Assembly (NCBI GenBank): GCA_029248525.1
Contig: JAQWJE010000049.1
Location: forward strand, 549,836-613,835
Length of the DNA stretch: 64,000 bases
Origin: Candidatus Binatia bacterium
GTDB taxonomy: Bacteria; Desulfobacterota; Binatia; UBA12015
Direction: 5' to 3'
Below are positions 37,886-46,492 of the stretch, piece after piece. Numbering within the stretch: position 1 is the stretch's first letter; each line of letters starts with the position of its first letter. A model generated the notes under the pieces. The model had not been told where the DNA came from. It did not search any database and saw only the letters and a list, made by a program, of their open reading frames with translations. The position numbers were made by a program, and so were the translations under genes.

Positions 37886-39600
37886 TGGACCGAGAGGGGA
37901 TGACGGCGGCATCGCCCGCTCGCGGGATGCGTATCCTGCTCCTCGCTCGACTCCTGATTGTCGCTACCTTTGTCGTCGCTATTCTGAGCTGGCTCTTTGC
38001 CACTAGTGCGGTGTTCTTCGCCGGTGAGTTCCGCCCGGGAATGATCCGCGCGATCGCGGTGGACGGGTTGGCGCTGGCGGCCCTGGCAGTTGCTTCCGGG
38101 TGGTTGGCCCAAAAGCTCGAAGGTGCCCAGCAGGAACTTTTCCGCACGAATGCGGCCATGGATCGTTTGAGTGCGGTGCATGCCGCCTTGGCGACTGGTC
38201 TCGAGTGCGGCGTAGTTGTTCTGGATGGAGTTGGTCAGATCCGGTCGGCCAATCCGGCCGCACAAAGGATTCTCGGTTGTCCGACACAGGAACTGCTGGG
38301 TCGCCGACTGACTTCGTTGGTCCCGCTCCTGCTGCGAGGGCAGCCGGATGCCGGCGGGTTTCAGGACTGCGAGCAGCGATTGCCTTCGGGGCAATCGCGC
38401 AAGCTGCACATCCGCCGTGTGCCGCTCGACAATTCGGCAATTCGCTCTGGCGGCGAGGTTGTCGTTCTGCAGGAACTTTCAGCCGAGCCGATTGTTGCAG
38501 GGGCAGCCGCGCTGTCGCTACCTTTGTCCGAAAATAACCTGCAGGCCCAAAAGGATTTTCTGGTCGGCGACGGGAGCGGGATGCAGGAGGTGCGACGGTT
38601 GATCGGTAAAGTCGCGGCGGCACCGGCTACCGTGTTGATCACTGGGGAGAGCGGCACGGGCAAGGAGCTGGTGGCTCAGGCGATTCATGCCGCGAGTGAA
38701 CGAGCCTCCGGCCCCTTTGTCGTGGTGAATTGTGGAGCGATTCCCGAAGGCTTGATGGAGAGCGAATTGTTTGGCCATATCCGGGGTGCCTTCACGGGAG
38801 CGGAGAGCCACCGGACGGGCCTGTTTCGGCAGGCGCAGGGCGGGACCCTGTTTCTCGACGAGGTTGGGGAATTGACACAAGCGCTTCAGGTGCGACTGCT
38901 GCGTGTCCTGCAGGAAAAGGTGGTGACACCGGTCGGCGGCAAAAATCCTGTATCGCTGGATGTGCGCGTGTTGGCGGCAACGAATCGATCGCTCGAGGCT
39001 GAAGTTCGCGCAGAGAGATTTCGGCAGGACCTCTTTTACAGACTCGCTGTGATCACGATTGAAATTCCGCCGCTGCGCGAAAGGATGGAGGATCTGCCGG
39101 CGCTTCTCGAACATTTCCTGCAGCAAGCAGTGCTACGTCACCGCCGAGCCATTCGTGGAATCGATCGGGAGGCGATGCAATGCCTGCAGGGGGGCCGCTA
39201 CCCGGGGAACGTGCGGGAACTGAAAAATATCGTCGAATACGCGGTGACTCTCGCCGAGTCGGAGGAGTTGACGCGAGAGGACCTTCCCGAGGCGTTGCGC
39301 AAAATAGCAGGAACCCCGGACCCCGAAGAAATTGCCCCGCACGCAACCCTGGTAGCCGAGGTTCCGGTCGGAGGCGGAGATCAGACGCGACAGGATTTGC
39401 TCGATTTTGCGTCCCGGATCTCCGAGAGTTTGGATGAACGACTGGCACGGACCGAACGAGATCTGATTCTCGAGGCGCTGGATCGCGCGTCTGGAGTCAA
39501 AAAGCACGCGGCCGCGCTGCTTGGCGTGAATTATCGGTCCTTGCGTCACCGCCTCCAGAAGCACGGAATTGCGGGCCGCTCGGGCCGGGCGCGCTTTTGA
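37885..39600 (+). CDS. Membrane-anchored PAS-sensor sigma-54-dependent transcriptional activator (no receiver domain), Fis-type HTH
   Basis: N-terminal TM helices plus a PAS-like block (GVVVLDGVGQIRSANPAAQRILG). The sigma-54 AAA+ core follows (VLITGESGTGKELVAQAIH...GAFTGA...ESELFGH), then a C-terminal HTH (AAALLGVNYRSLRHRL). Its ATG overlaps the pilC stop. Confidence 0.85.
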   Translation: MDREGMTAASPARGMRILLLARLLIVATFVVAILSWLFATSAVFFAGEFRPGMIRAIAVDGLALAALAVASGWLAQKLEGAQQELFRTNAAMDRLSAVHAALATGLECGVVVLDGVGQIRSANPAAQRILGCPTQELLGRRLTSLVPLLLRGQPDAGGFQDCEQRLPSGQSRKLHIRRVPLDNSAIRSGGEVVVLQELSAEPIVAGAAALSLPLSENNLQAQKDFLVGDGSGMQEVRRLIGKVAAAPATVLITGESGTGKELVAQAIHAASERASGPFVVVNCGAIPEGLMESELFGHIRGAFTGAESHRTGLFRQAQGGTLFLDEVGELTQALQVRLLRVLQEKVVTPVGGKNPVSLDVRVLAATNRSLEAEVRAERFRQDLFYRLAVITIEIPPLRERMEDLPALLEHFLQQAVLRHRRAIRGIDREAMQCLQGGRYPGNVRELKNIVEYAVTLAESEELTREDLPEALRKIAGTPDPEEIAPHATLVAEVPVGGGDQTRQDLLDFASRISESLDERLARTERDLILEALDRASGVKKHAAALLGVNYRSLRHRLQKHGIAGRSGRARF

Positions 39601-39815
39601 GAATGGCGCGGCTCTCCCGCCGCGATTGTTGCCGCCCCAGCATGCGCACGTTTTGTCAGCGGTGTTCGGATTTTGCCACCGCGTGTACGAAAACGTCGAA
39701 ATCCTGCCGCTCGGGCAGCGTCAGAAACATGACGTTTCGGACAAATCCCGTCCATGGAAGTAAATAAGTCAATAATAACAAGGACTTACCTGAATTACTC
39801 CACGGGCGCTCCACG

Positions 39816-39831
39816 TGGCACCGACCTTGCA
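39816..39831 (+). promoter_or_regulatory. Sigma-54 (-24/-12) promoter of pilA: TGGCAC-cgacc-TTGCA
   Basis: An exact match to the TGGCAC-N5-TTGCW consensus lies 97 nt upstream of the pilA ATG. The imperfect inverted repeat GTCAGAAAC-N5-GTTTCGGAC (39720-39742) about 85 bp further upstream is a candidate UAS. Confidence 0.7.
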
Positions 39832-39927
39832 ACGGGAGGGATTGGAAGCCGCGCGCCGATTCGCGTCGGCAAAATAGACCGCGGTGGTAGCGCAACGGCG
39901 CTCGGTACCGACACTGGAGGATGGCAA

Positions 39928-40314
39928 ATGGAAATGATCAAGAATCTGAAGGAGCGAGACGAAAAGGGCTTTACCCTGATTGAATTGCTCGTCGTTGTAG
40001 CAATCATCGGAATTTTGGCGGCGATCGCGATTCCGCAGTTCTCGGCCTACCGGGAGCAGGGTTTCGACGCTCAGGCCTCTTCGCATCTGCGTAATATTGC
40101 GCTGGCACAGGAAGCCTATTTCGCGCAGGAAGCCACCTATGCAGCGGATGTCGCGTCACTGGCCCCGGCCGTGCAGACGGATTCGGATATTCCGGTCACC
40201 GTGGCTCTCAAGACCGGTGGTTTCACGTTGCAGGCGGCCCACGCCAGCGGCGGTAAAACTTTCAACTGGGACTCCACGCTGGGTGGTTTGCAAGCCGATA
40301 GCGGCGGCGAATAG
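39928..40314 (+). CDS. pilA: Type IVa major pilin PilA
   Basis: MEMIKNLKERDEKG | FTLIELLVVVAIIGILAAIAIPQF is the class III signal peptide, with the conserved Glu at +5. There is GGAGG 7 nt upstream. 128 aa. Confidence 0.85.
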   Translation: MEMIKNLKERDEKGFTLIELLVVVAIIGILAAIAIPQFSAYREQGFDAQASSHLRNIALAQEAYFAQEATYAADVASLAPAVQTDSDIPVTVALKTGGFTLQAAHASGGKTFNWDSTLGGLQADSGGE

Positions 40315-40339
40315 ATTTCATCTCAGCGAGCTTTCGAGA

Positions 40340-40379
40340 AATGGCGCCACTCCTCCGGGGGTGGCGCCATTCTTGTTTC
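40340..40379 (+). terminator. Rho-independent terminator after pilA
   Basis: Perfect 10-bp inverted repeat AATGGCGCCA...TGGCGCCATT with a 12-nt loop, followed by CTTGTTTC. It lies 25 nt after the pilA stop. Confidence 0.7.
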
Positions 40380-40440
40380 AGGCTCTTTTTCAGAGGCCGC
40401 TCCGAGGGATCGCTGGCCAGTAGGGGCGGGGAATGCGACC

Positions 40441-41241
40441 ATGACATCCGTGGATTTGGAAACTTTCATGCTTCTTCTGGTCTTGGTGACGGGGGCGATG
40501 GTTGGCAGTTTTTTGAATGTCGTCATCCATCGTGTCCCCCGTGGGGAAAGCGTTGTTACCCCGCGATCACGTTGCCCGAGCTGTCAGCACGAAATTTCCT
40601 GGTGGGAAAATATTCCTGTGGTCTCGTGGCTTCTGCTCCGAGGGCGTTGCCGGGGCTGTGGGGAAGCAATTTCTTTCCGCTACGTTCTGGTGGAGATCCT
40701 GGCTGCCCTTCTCGCGGGCCTGTTGTTTTTCAGATTTGGCCCGACGGTAATTTTTCTATTCTTTACGTATTTTGCCCTCAATCTGCTCGCGCTGACCTAT
40801 ATTGACCTCGACCATCAATTATTGCCTGACCGCTTGACCTTGAGTGGCTTGGGGGTCGGGTTGCTGGGAGCGCCGTTCGTTTTACCCGGGGAGCCCGGCC
40901 CGGCATTTCTTTTCGCCCTGCAGGGGGCGCTGGTGGGCGGAGGACTGCTTTACGGGGTTGCCTGGGCCTACGAGAAAATGACCGGGCGACAGGGCATGGG
41001 CGGCGGCGATATCAAATTTCTCGCCATGATCGGGGCTTTTCTCGGCTGGGAGGGCGCGCTGCTTTCGCTCTTTCTCGGGTCGCTGGCGGGGTCGCTGATC
41101 GGCTTGGCGCTCATGCTCGGCCGCGGCGCGAATCGTCGATTGGCATTGCCGTTTGGTCCTTTTCTGGCGATTGGTGCTCTGGTCACCCTCCTGTGGGGGC
41201 CGCAGATCCTGCACTGGTATTTCGGCTCGCTGCGGCTCTGA
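40441..41241 (+). CDS. pilD: Prepilin peptidase / N-methyltransferase PilD (peptidase A24)
   Basis: N-terminal tetracysteine (CPSCQHEISWWENIPVVSWLLLRGRCRGC), multi-TM body and the catalytic-Asp region. Confidence 0.9.
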   Translation: MTSVDLETFMLLLVLVTGAMVGSFLNVVIHRVPRGESVVTPRSRCPSCQHEISWWENIPVVSWLLLRGRCRGCGEAISFRYVLVEILAALLAGLLFFRFGPTVIFLFFTYFALNLLALTYIDLDHQLLPDRLTLSGLGVGLLGAPFVLPGEPGPAFLFALQGALVGGGLLYGVAWAYEKMTGRQGMGGGDIKFLAMIGAFLGWEGALLSLFLGSLAGSLIGLALMLGRGANRRLALPFGPFLAIGALVTLLWGPQILHWYFGSLRL

Positions 41242-41321
41242 TTTTTGTTGGCGAACGTTTTTTTCGCCGGCATACTGGGAAGAGCACCGGCAGCCAGGCG
41301 CGCAAAAGGGAGAACAACGCC

Positions 41322-41969
41322 ATGACTCATGAAAATTGGACCACGCAAGCGAAAAGCAGCATGCGAATTGCGTGCGCGACCCTCGGAGTACTCGGATTGA
41401 TTTCGACGGGATGGTTGACGGCAGCGAACGCGGCCATGTCGGTTGTGGGCTCGAGTTATGGCCGTGATTGCTATCTCAGCGCCTCGATGGGAGGCGATAG
41501 TCAGCAAGAGATTCATAAATGTCGGATGGCCCTGACCTTGGAACGTTTGGGGGATCGCGACCGCGCGGCGACTCTGGTCAACCTGGGAATCATTCTGACC
41601 CATGCGGCGCGCCACGATGAAGCGATCAGTTCATTTGATTCTGCGGAGAAGATCAATCCGGGCCTCACCGAGGCGATGATCAATCGGGGGAACAGCTATA
41701 TCCACCAGCGAGAATTCATGCTTGCGATTGCGGAGTATGATCGCAGCCTGAAGCTGGGCACACGTCGGCGCGCGGAGGCTTTTGCGAACCGCGGTCTCGC
41801 CCACGAATACGTGGCGGACTATCCGCGAGCAGCAAGCGATTATGCGTGTGCGCTCGCTCATCGCGAGGGCTTTCCCAAAGTCGACCGTGGTCTGACTCGC
41901 GTGCGTACCAAAGGGGTCGAGATTCCGGAATGTCCCGTCGAGTTAATCGTGAGCTACGATACAGACTGA
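41322..41969 (+). CDS. Secreted TPR-repeat protein (possible PilF/Tgl-like pilus biogenesis factor)
   Basis: Signal peptide (MRIACATLGVLGLISTGWLTAANA) and TPR-like repeats (NRGNSYIHQREFMLAIAEYDRSL...ANRGLAHEYVADYPRAASDY). It lies between pilD and the minor pilins. Confidence 0.5.
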   Translation: MTHENWTTQAKSSMRIACATLGVLGLISTGWLTAANAAMSVVGSSYGRDCYLSASMGGDSQQEIHKCRMALTLERLGDRDRAATLVNLGIILTHAARHDEAISSFDSAEKINPGLTEAMINRGNSYIHQREFMLAIAEYDRSLKLGTRRRAEAFANRGLAHEYVADYPRAASDYACALAHREGFPKVDRGLTRVRTKGVEIPECPVELIVSYDTD

Positions 41970-42055
41970 GGGCTCCGGACGGGCGTCTTGCGCTCCGGCA
42001 CACGATGATCGCCTCCGGGATTGTTACTCGATTCCGCCAGGTTTAATTCTGCCGA

Positions 42056-42493
42056 ATGCCTCTTTGCAGAAACGTTCGTCGGTGGCCCGGAGATCGTGGT
42101 TTCACGGTTCCCGAATTATGTCTGGTTTTGACTTTGATGGGGATCCTCGGAGGCATCGGGTTGTTTTCCCTCCGATCGCAGTTGGATGGTGCGCGTTTGA
42201 CCGAGGGGGCGGCGCGCATTGCGGCGACGCTTTTTGAGTCGCGGGCGGGCGCCATCCATGAGGGACGCATCTGGCGGGTCGAGGTGTATCGGAATGCTCT
42301 TCGGCTGCATGCGGGCGGGCGAAATTTTGGCGGAGTTCCGATGCCCGAGGGGGTGCGGCTTACGTTGAACTCGAATGGGGATGTTCGTTTCTACCCGGAT
42401 GGGCATGCCGAAAACGGAACCTTTCGTCTGGCCAATCCGTTCGGGGAAAAAACGGTAGTCCTCAACCAGCGCGGTCGTGTGCGGTTGCCATGA
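42056..42493 (+). CDS. Minor pseudopilin, GspH/FimU-like (prepilin-type N-terminus)
   Basis: The leader MPLCRNVRRWPGDRG is followed by FTVPELCLVLTLMGILGGIG. Confidence 0.6.
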   Translation: MPLCRNVRRWPGDRGFTVPELCLVLTLMGILGGIGLFSLRSQLDGARLTEGAARIAATLFESRAGAIHEGRIWRVEVYRNALRLHAGGRNFGGVPMPEGVRLTLNSNGDVRFYPDGHAENGTFRLANPFGEKTVVLNQRGRVRLP

Positions 42494-42882
42494 TGCCGGG
42501 GAAGGAGAATCGACAGTTTCGTCGCGGCATTGCTGATTCCGGGTTCGGCCTGATCGAAGTGCTGGCCGCCCTTTGCCTGATCCTTGCGGCGAGCATGGTC
42601 AGCTTGTCCGCGGGTTCGGCGAGTTGGCGCGCTTTTCGTACCGCTCGTCTCGAGGCGGAGGGGCTGGCGGCCGGTCGCGACAAAATAGAGGAATTGATCG
42701 CTCTGCTCCCTGCGCGCAGGGTGGGCGGACACGATCAATGGGGCCATGGAACGGCCCAGTTTACCCGGACCTGGCAAGTCCGGCCCTGGGTTGGATACCC
42801 GGGTTTGCAGAGACTGGAGGTACGAACGAGCTGGTTGGATGAGGATCTTGTGATCCTCGATCTTGCAGCGGTGGCACGATGA
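42490..42882 (+). CDS. Minor pseudopilin, GspI/PilV-like
   Basis: A prepilin-type cleavage/methylation N-terminus (SG | FGLIEVLAALCLILAAS) is present. 130 aa, ATGA overlap. Confidence 0.55.
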   Translation: MMPGKENRQFRRGIADSGFGLIEVLAALCLILAASMVSLSAGSASWRAFRTARLEAEGLAAGRDKIEELIALLPARRVGGHDQWGHGTAQFTRTWQVRPWVGYPGLQRLEVRTSWLDEDLVILDLAAVAR

Positions 42883-43508
42883 ATCCTGCACCTGTCTCTG
42901 GTCCGGGTTCTGGCGCCGGTTTTTCTTTGGTCGAACTTCTGGTTTCGATGGGATTGGGGACCATGGTTCTGGCGACCGGGGTGGCTCTGGTTTTGGGACA
43001 TGCCCGGTGGACCTTCCAGTTGCGTCAGGAGGCACACGCGCTCGCCGGTTTGCACTGGGCGATCGAGCAGACGGCCGCAGATCTTTACAGTACAGGGGTC
43101 GACCCACAGGGCATCCACCCGCTTGATCCCCTCGAAATCAGTCGGCATGCATTCTCGCGGGCCGCCGACCTTGACGGTGACGGGCGTGTGGACACTCGCT
43201 CGGCCGAGTCTGTGTCCGTCCTTCTTTCTCCGCAGGGTGATCTGATCCGGCAGGTTGGTCGGCAGCGGATGGCTCTTCTGTCGGGCGTGGCGCCCGGGGG
43301 ATTCTCCCTGCAAACTTTCGATCGCTTCGGTGAACGCACGGAGCCAGCGGCATCCGCCGGGCCAAGGGGTTCCCTGATGCCTCCATCGAATGCTGATGCG
43401 GAGGTTGCTCGAGTGCTCTTTCAGATGGATACCTTGCGTGGAGGCCGTTTGACCTCGAGCGTGGCACTGCGTTGGGTGGCCCGACGCGAGAACGCAACCC
43501 TTCCATGA
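42879..43508 (+). CDS. Minor pseudopilin, GspJ/PilW-like
   Basis: N-terminus AG | FSLVELLVSMGLGTMVLATGVALV. 209 aa. Confidence 0.55.
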   Translation: MNPAPVSGPGSGAGFSLVELLVSMGLGTMVLATGVALVLGHARWTFQLRQEAHALAGLHWAIEQTAADLYSTGVDPQGIHPLDPLEISRHAFSRAADLDGDGRVDTRSAESVSVLLSPQGDLIRQVGRQRMALLSGVAPGGFSLQTFDRFGERTEPAASAGPRGSLMPPSNADAEVARVLFQMDTLRGGRLTSSVALRWVARRENATLP

Positions 43509-44518
43509 ACAACGAAAGGGGATCCATTTTGCTCGCGGCCCTGAGCTTGGTGCTGTTGGTCGGCGTGAGCGCCGGGAGCGTTTGGTTCTGGCTCCGCGCA
43601 GACTTGCGCTCGATCGGTCAGGGACGTGCGACTCTTCAGGCCCTCTACACCGCGGAGGCCGGACTTCTCGGTGCAGCGAACAGTCTGTCGCCGCGCCTGG
43701 AACCCTTACCCTCCGACGCGGAGCTGATGCTTTTAGCGGAAGCGAGATTGGTGGAATTCCCCGGCCCACCGCATGGCTTTCGCCTATCCTCGTGGCGATC
43801 CGACCGCTCGGCCGACGGATCGAGAGAAGTATCCGTCGTGGCCGAGTCCGAGGCTGCGGGGGGCGCGGGGCGAGCTCTCGAAGGTGTTCTGGTTCGTGCT
43901 CGCGAGCCCTATGCGCCGGCGAGTCTGCTGATCGTTACGGGTGAGCTCCGTGTGTTCCCGGGCGAGGCCCCTGAATTCTCCGCGACCGGCGATCCGGTGA
44001 TCGAAGTCCTCGGGGACAGCGATGTGGCGCCGCTCGCCGCCGGGGACCATGAAGCGGCGCGTGCACTGGAACTCCTGGAGCGGCGCGGTTCGTTTGCCCT
44101 TCGAGGGGAGGGCGGGGTCATAACGGCTCGACCGATACCGGTAGATCTTTTTCTCGCGGAAGGGCAACGAGAGGCCGTCTCGGCGGGCAGCCGTGGGTTC
44201 CGATCCTCACCGAGCGAGGTGCTCTACCTGCAGGAAGGGATCGTGAAAGATTTTCAGGGTGATGGTCTTCTCGTCGTGGTCGGTGATCTTCGGCTGGAAG
44301 GGGTGGTCGATTTTGCCGGTGTCATTCTTGTTGGGGGTACGCTCGAGCTGTCGACCTCGGAATGCAGCATCAGAGGATTTGTTCAGGTGCATGCGCTGCA
44401 TGCCTCCTCCCCCTGCACGTTTCGTCGAGACTCCGCTGCGGTAGCCGGGGCTGATGCGCTTCAGGCATTGCCGCGAGAGGCACGCTTGCGTGCCGCTATC
44501 GCCGCCGTCCGGCGCTGA
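43505..44518 (+). CDS. GspK/PilX-like minor pseudopilin (non-cleaved hydrophobic N-terminus)
   Basis: MNNERGSILLAALSLVLLVGVSAG is a GspK-type N-terminus. About 337 aa. Its ATG overlaps the upstream stop. Confidence 0.5.
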   Translation: MNNERGSILLAALSLVLLVGVSAGSVWFWLRADLRSIGQGRATLQALYTAEAGLLGAANSLSPRLEPLPSDAELMLLAEARLVEFPGPPHGFRLSSWRSDRSADGSREVSVVAESEAAGGAGRALEGVLVRAREPYAPASLLIVTGELRVFPGEAPEFSATGDPVIEVLGDSDVAPLAAGDHEAARALELLERRGSFALRGEGGVITARPIPVDLFLAEGQREAVSAGSRGFRSSPSEVLYLQEGIVKDFQGDGLLVVVGDLRLEGVVDFAGVILVGGTLELSTSECSIRGFVQVHALHASSPCTFRRDSAAVAGADALQALPREARLRAAIAAVRR

Positions 44519-44520
44519 GT

Positions 44521-45285
44521 TCAGCCTGCGTTATGAGAATTGCGACCCAGGTCGAACGGTTTCTCAACGAGGAGCGTTTCCAGGACTTTCCCGTCCCTGG
44601 CGACCCACGGTCGGTCTTCATAAGTGGTTCCATCTTCGGCATTCGTGGCGTCAGCCTTCGCATACTGGATCACCCATGCGCGCCTTTCACGATCCGTCGA
44701 ATGGTTGCCGACGGTTTTGTGTACAAGCAGGGATGAGAAAATCAGAAGATCACCGGCTTGAGCATTCAAGGCGATTGCACCGGAGGCTTCCACCTCCGGG
44801 ATCACCCAGTGGACATCGCGTAGTTCATGCGATTGCTGACCGTGGCGATGGGAGCCGGGGATGACCAGGAGACCGCCGTTGTTCAAATCGGAGTCGTCCA
44901 GGGCCAGCCAGAACGTGAGATATTCCGGTACTTGGCCGCGTTGGTAGCCGTTGTCCTGGTGCCAATCGATATGGCTCCCGGAGCCCGGCGATTTATTGAT
45001 CCCCTGATCCCACCAAAAGCGGATATCGGGCCCCAGACGATCAATGGCGAGCCCCACCAAATCGGGATGAGTGAGGATTTTTCGAAGCGGATCGCTGCGG
45101 AAATTGAGCATCGCGCGATAGGGAAATTTTCCATCGACCTCATTGCCCAAAGTCTGTTTTTCCGGGCGCACGAGAATATCGTACTCGTGGCGGATGATTT
45201 CGAGATGCTCGTCGTCGAGAACCTGTCCCAGGTTCACGAAGCCGACTTCGTCCAGGGCGTGTTGTTGCTTCGGGGAGAGGCTCAT
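44521..45285 (-). CDS. Phytanoyl-CoA dioxygenase (PhyH) family Fe(II)/2-oxoglutarate oxygenase
   Basis: 254 aa with a HxD...H facial triad (HIDWHQDNGY ... PGSHRHG). It lies antisense between the two minor-pilin operons. Confidence 0.75.
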   Translation of the reverse strand: MSLSPKQQHALDEVGFVNLGQVLDDEHLEIIRHEYDILVRPEKQTLGNEVDGKFPYRAMLNFRSDPLRKILTHPDLVGLAIDRLGPDIRFWWDQGINKSPGSGSHIDWHQDNGYQRGQVPEYLTFWLALDDSDLNNGGLLVIPGSHRHGQQSHELRDVHWVIPEVEASGAIALNAQAGDLLIFSSLLVHKTVGNHSTDRERRAWVIQYAKADATNAEDGTTYEDRPWVARDGKVLETLLVEKPFDLGRNSHNAG

Positions 45286-45539
45286 ATAGCGGCAACATCC
45301 TGCGGCTCCGGCCCGGCGTCAAGGGGGCGGCACGGTACGCCAAGGCGTTTGGGCAGGGATTTGCGCTGACGGAAATGTACGGACCGTTCAAATATCGTCA
45401 AAATATCGACGCTTGGCGTGCTTGGGCAAACTCGAGGATTGACATCAAGCTACTGAAATTACTGAATAATATAAAATTCCGCCCACGACCGCCTCCGAGG
45501 AACGAAGATTGCAATGACAAGGGCTGGAGGATTGTGATT

Positions 45540-46121
45540 GTGGCAGCGAAAAACCAGAAAAAGCAGCAAGCCCGCGGCGGCCTTCTCCGCAATGAGGGGG
45601 GATTGAGCTTGATGGAGGTGATGGTCGCGACCGGAATGATCATGATCCTCGCGGGAATCGCTGCTCCCCAATACTCGCAAATTGCTCGCCAGATGCGAGC
45701 CAGCGCGGCGGCCTCTCAGCTCCTTGGTAATCTTGCTTACGCTCGCGCGCAGAGTATTCGCACCGGCGTCCGTCACTATGTTTCGACAACGGGAGAGGCG
45801 GGAGTTTCCTATCGGGTCCAACGTGTGGGTACGAATAATATGATCGTGCCGGAAGAGGATCCCGTCCTCCGTGCGATCGATCTGCGCGAATCGATGCCCG
45901 GTGTGGAATTCGATCTGAACGGAGCGGAGACCGGTCCTTACGGAAATGCAGTCGAGGTTGCAGCTCCAGCGGCGCCGATCGTATTCACGGCGCGCGGAAT
46001 GCCGTTGGATACCGGAGCTTATTATGTCCGGACATCCGAAGGCTCTGTTGCCTACGCGGTGTCGGTAACAGGAGCGGGTCGAGCACGTCTTTGGCGGCAG
46101 ACCGAGGCTGGCTGGCAATGA
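45540..46121 (+). CDS. Minor pilin FimT/GspH-like
   Basis: Prepilin-type N-terminus GG | LSLMEVMVATGMIMILAGIAAPQY and GspH-like body (ASQLLGNLAYARAQSIRTG). The ORF track starts at 45375. GTG 45540 is preferred (GGAGG 9 nt upstream, 20-aa basic leader); the start is uncertain. Confidence 0.55.
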   Translation: MAAKNQKKQQARGGLLRNEGGLSLMEVMVATGMIMILAGIAAPQYSQIARQMRASAAASQLLGNLAYARAQSIRTGVRHYVSTTGEAGVSYRVQRVGTNNMIVPEEDPVLRAIDLRESMPGVEFDLNGAETGPYGNAVEVAAPAAPIVFTARGMPLDTGAYYVRTSEGSVAYAVSVTGAGRARLWRQTEAGWQ

Positions 46122-46492
46122 AGCGGCTCGGATCGGAAGATGGATTCACTATCATCGAAACGCTCGTTGCGATGGTTCTGATTGCGATTGCCTTTCTCGG
46201 GCTCGCAGGTGTTCATACGGTTTCGGCGAAGGCACAGTCTCTCGGGAACAATTTGGGCTTGGCGACTCATCTGGCTGACCAGCACATCGAGGAATCCTTG
46301 CGCACATCTTTTGATTCCATTGTGACCACCTGGGAACTCGAGGAACGCGAGGGTGTTTCCTTCACGGTGGTGCGGATTGTTTCGGAGATTGGCGTCGCCA
46401 AAAAAGTGGAGGTGCTGGTTCTCTGGAACGAGCGGCTTGGCCTGCGTTCGATTACTCTTTCCTCGCTGGTAAGTCAGGTGACCAACGCATGA
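46118..46492 (+). CDS. pilV: Type IV pilus minor pilin PilV
   Basis: MKRLGSEDG | FTIIETLVAMVLIAIAFLGLAG. ATGA overlap with the upstream gene. Confidence 0.65.
   Translation: MKRLGSEDGFTIIETLVAMVLIAIAFLGLAGVHTVSAKAQSLGNNLGLATHLADQHIEESLRTSFDSIVTTWELEEREGVSFTVVRIVSEIGVAKKVEVLVLWNERLGLRSITLSSLVSQVTNA

Noticed and set aside
39921-39927. ATG at 39921 as the pilA start
   Set aside because: It is out of frame with the pilin ORF. ATG 39928 (or 39934) is in frame and gives the canonical leader ending in G before FTLIEL.
45375-45539. Upstream 55 codons of the FimT-like ORF (MYGPFKYRQNIDAWRAW...)
   Set aside because: The region is AT-richer, has no prepilin logic (the leader would be about 75 aa) and includes a TTGACA promoter-like hexamer. 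GTG 45540 with a GGAGG upstream gives a normal short basic leader.
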